A stretch of 64,000 nucleotides of DNA, taken from positions 128,701 through 192,700 of the forward strand of contig CAZBGZ010000001.1 in assembly GCA_964491925.1 (NCBI GenBank), read 5' to 3'. This document shows, one piece after another, positions 63,212 through 64,000 of the stretch (its first letter is position 1; each line of letters begins with the position of its first letter). The position numbers and the translations under genes were made by a program. The stretch is from an uncultured Candidatus Saccharibacteria bacterium. GTDB taxonomy: Bacteria > Patescibacteriota > Saccharimonadia > Saccharimonadales > JAGQNJ01. Under the pieces are notes generated by a model that was not told the origin of the DNA, did no database searches, and saw nothing but the letters and a program-made list of their open reading frames with translations.

Positions 63212-64000
63212 ATGAGTCGCCTTCACAAAGATTTTAAAGACAAAACGAACCGTAAAATTTCAAATTTGTTCACCATACGCCAACCAAAAAGCGACGACAA
63301 AAAAACTAAAGAAATTCCTGAGAAATTCTGGAACGATATAATGGCAGGCAGGTTGGCAAGAAAAATCATATGGGCAGAATCTGCAGCCTCTAAAAAAGAT
63401 TGGGAAGAATCTATAAATCGATTTAATTTGATTGTGGAAGAATTCTCTACTTTTACTCCCGTTTCAGTTTGGGTGAGGCTGAGCACCGTATATAGAAATG
63501 CTGGTAAATTTAGTAAGGCGAGCAAAGTTATCAATATGGCCCTAAAACAATATCCCGAAAACGCTGATTTAGAAATCGAATTAGCCGACATTGCCATGGG
63601 CCAGCAAAGATGGGCGAAAGCTATAGAGCTATGGAATAAAAATATTGAAAAAGATCTTCCCGATAAGCCTATGCTGACGCCAAATAAACGGCTATTGACC
63701 GCCTACATAAACAGCAAACATTATGATCAAGCCCAAGCCCTGGCCGATAAACTAATCAAGGCATTCCCTGAAGATAGTGGCATATTTTTTTTAAATGCCG
63801 AGATATCGATGAGCCAGGGCGAGTGGAAACAGGCTGAAGATAGAATTAATAGAGCCTGTAACTTAAGTGGGGATTATGATGCTCGATATTGGCTTGACCA
63901 AATAAAAATACAGAGAAAACTAAAAAATATTGAGCAGGCCAACGAGATAGCCACAATAGCGCTAAGAAAATCATCAGACATAAGAATCCGAGTCGAATGG
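63212..64000 (+). CDS. TPR-repeat protein, N-terminal part (runs off window end)
   Basis: Hand translation from the ATG at 63212 gives MSRLHKDFKDKTNRK...VWVRLSTVYRNAGKFSKASKVINMALKQYPENADLEIELADIAMGQQRWAKAIELWNK... The frame stays open to position 64000 and shows TPR-like 34-aa periodicity. The track ORF 63223..63597 (-) is antisense to it. Confidence 0.6.
   Translation, partial: MSRLHKDFKDKTNRKISNLFTIRQPKSDDKKTKEIPEKFWNDIMAGRLARKIIWAESAASKKDWEESINRFNLIVEEFSTFTPVSVWVRLSTVYRNAGKFSKASKVINMALKQYPENADLEIELADIAMGQQRWAKAIELWNKNIEKDLPDKPMLTPNKRLLTAYINSKHYDQAQALADKLIKAFPEDSGIFFLNAEISMSQGEWKQAEDRINRACNLSGDYDARYWLDQIKIQRKLKNIEQANEIATIALRKSSDIRIRVEW

Noticed and set aside
63223-63597. A 124-aa minus-strand ORF
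   Set aside because: It is antisense to a plus-strand frame that stays open from 63212 to the window end and encodes a TPR-like protein. The minus ORF has low-complexity L/S/F-rich content.
1-64000. An alternative genetic code (UGA recoding, as in some CPR lineages)
   Set aside because: Many well-conserved genes terminate at TGA at the expected length (for example the dsbA-like gene and rfbD). No conserved gene shows in-frame TGA, so the standard bacterial code fits.
1-64000. Mobile elements, prophage, integrases, toxin-antitoxin or known defence systems
   Set aside because: No transposase, integrase, recombinase, phage structural, nuclease/helicase or TA-like proteins were recognisable in any frame. 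No flanking long direct or inverted repeats were noticed.

Overview
This 64-kb window comes from a compact, moderately AT-rich bacterial genome with standard genetic code. Frequent 1-8 nt gene overlaps, an archaeal-type AspRS and many orphan proteins suggest a Patescibacteria/CPR (Saccharibacteria-like) organism, but that is inference only. The left ~27 kb mixes three kinds of genes. Housekeeping genes include the idi-tsaC-mazG-like-Nudix-PNPOx-like operon, aspS, nadD, uppP, a DrrAB-like ABC exporter, a CPA2 antiporter, a DsbA-like protein and a CNNM/CBS protein. There are large surface proteins, including a 977-aa SGNH hydrolase. There are also several orphan acidic proteins. The right ~37 kb (27.3-64 kb) is one large cell-envelope glycopolymer locus. 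It holds GtrA, an O-antigen-ligase-family protein, a polyprenyl-phosphate sugar-phosphate transferase, glmS, a phosphohexomutase, rfbBCDA (dTDP-rhamnose), two nucleotide-sugar dehydrogenases flanking a GpsA-like gene, a methyltransferase, about 8 GT-A/GT-B glycosyltransferases, two GtrB-like GT2 genes, four polytopic GT-C-like proteins in two paralogous pairs, Wzm/Wzt-type ABC exporter genes and a TPR protein. I recognised no rRNA, tRNA, CRISPR array, transposase or integrase. Five observations deserve a second look: (1) a terminator/antiterminator-type RNA switch ending 6 nt before the ATG of an orphan 514-aa gene; (2) an unannotated 55-aa zinc-ribbon ORF coupled between that gene and nadD; (3) a recurrent leaderless promoter geometry, with the -10 hexamer ending exactly 7 nt before the A of the ATG at several genes, including two near-identical twin promoters; (4) a GNAT-GNAT-paralog-paralog cluster of unknown function; (5) duplicated polyprenyl-P-sugar synthase / GT-C modules inside a rhamnose polymer locus. 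Hand-derived coordinates may be off by 1-2 nt.
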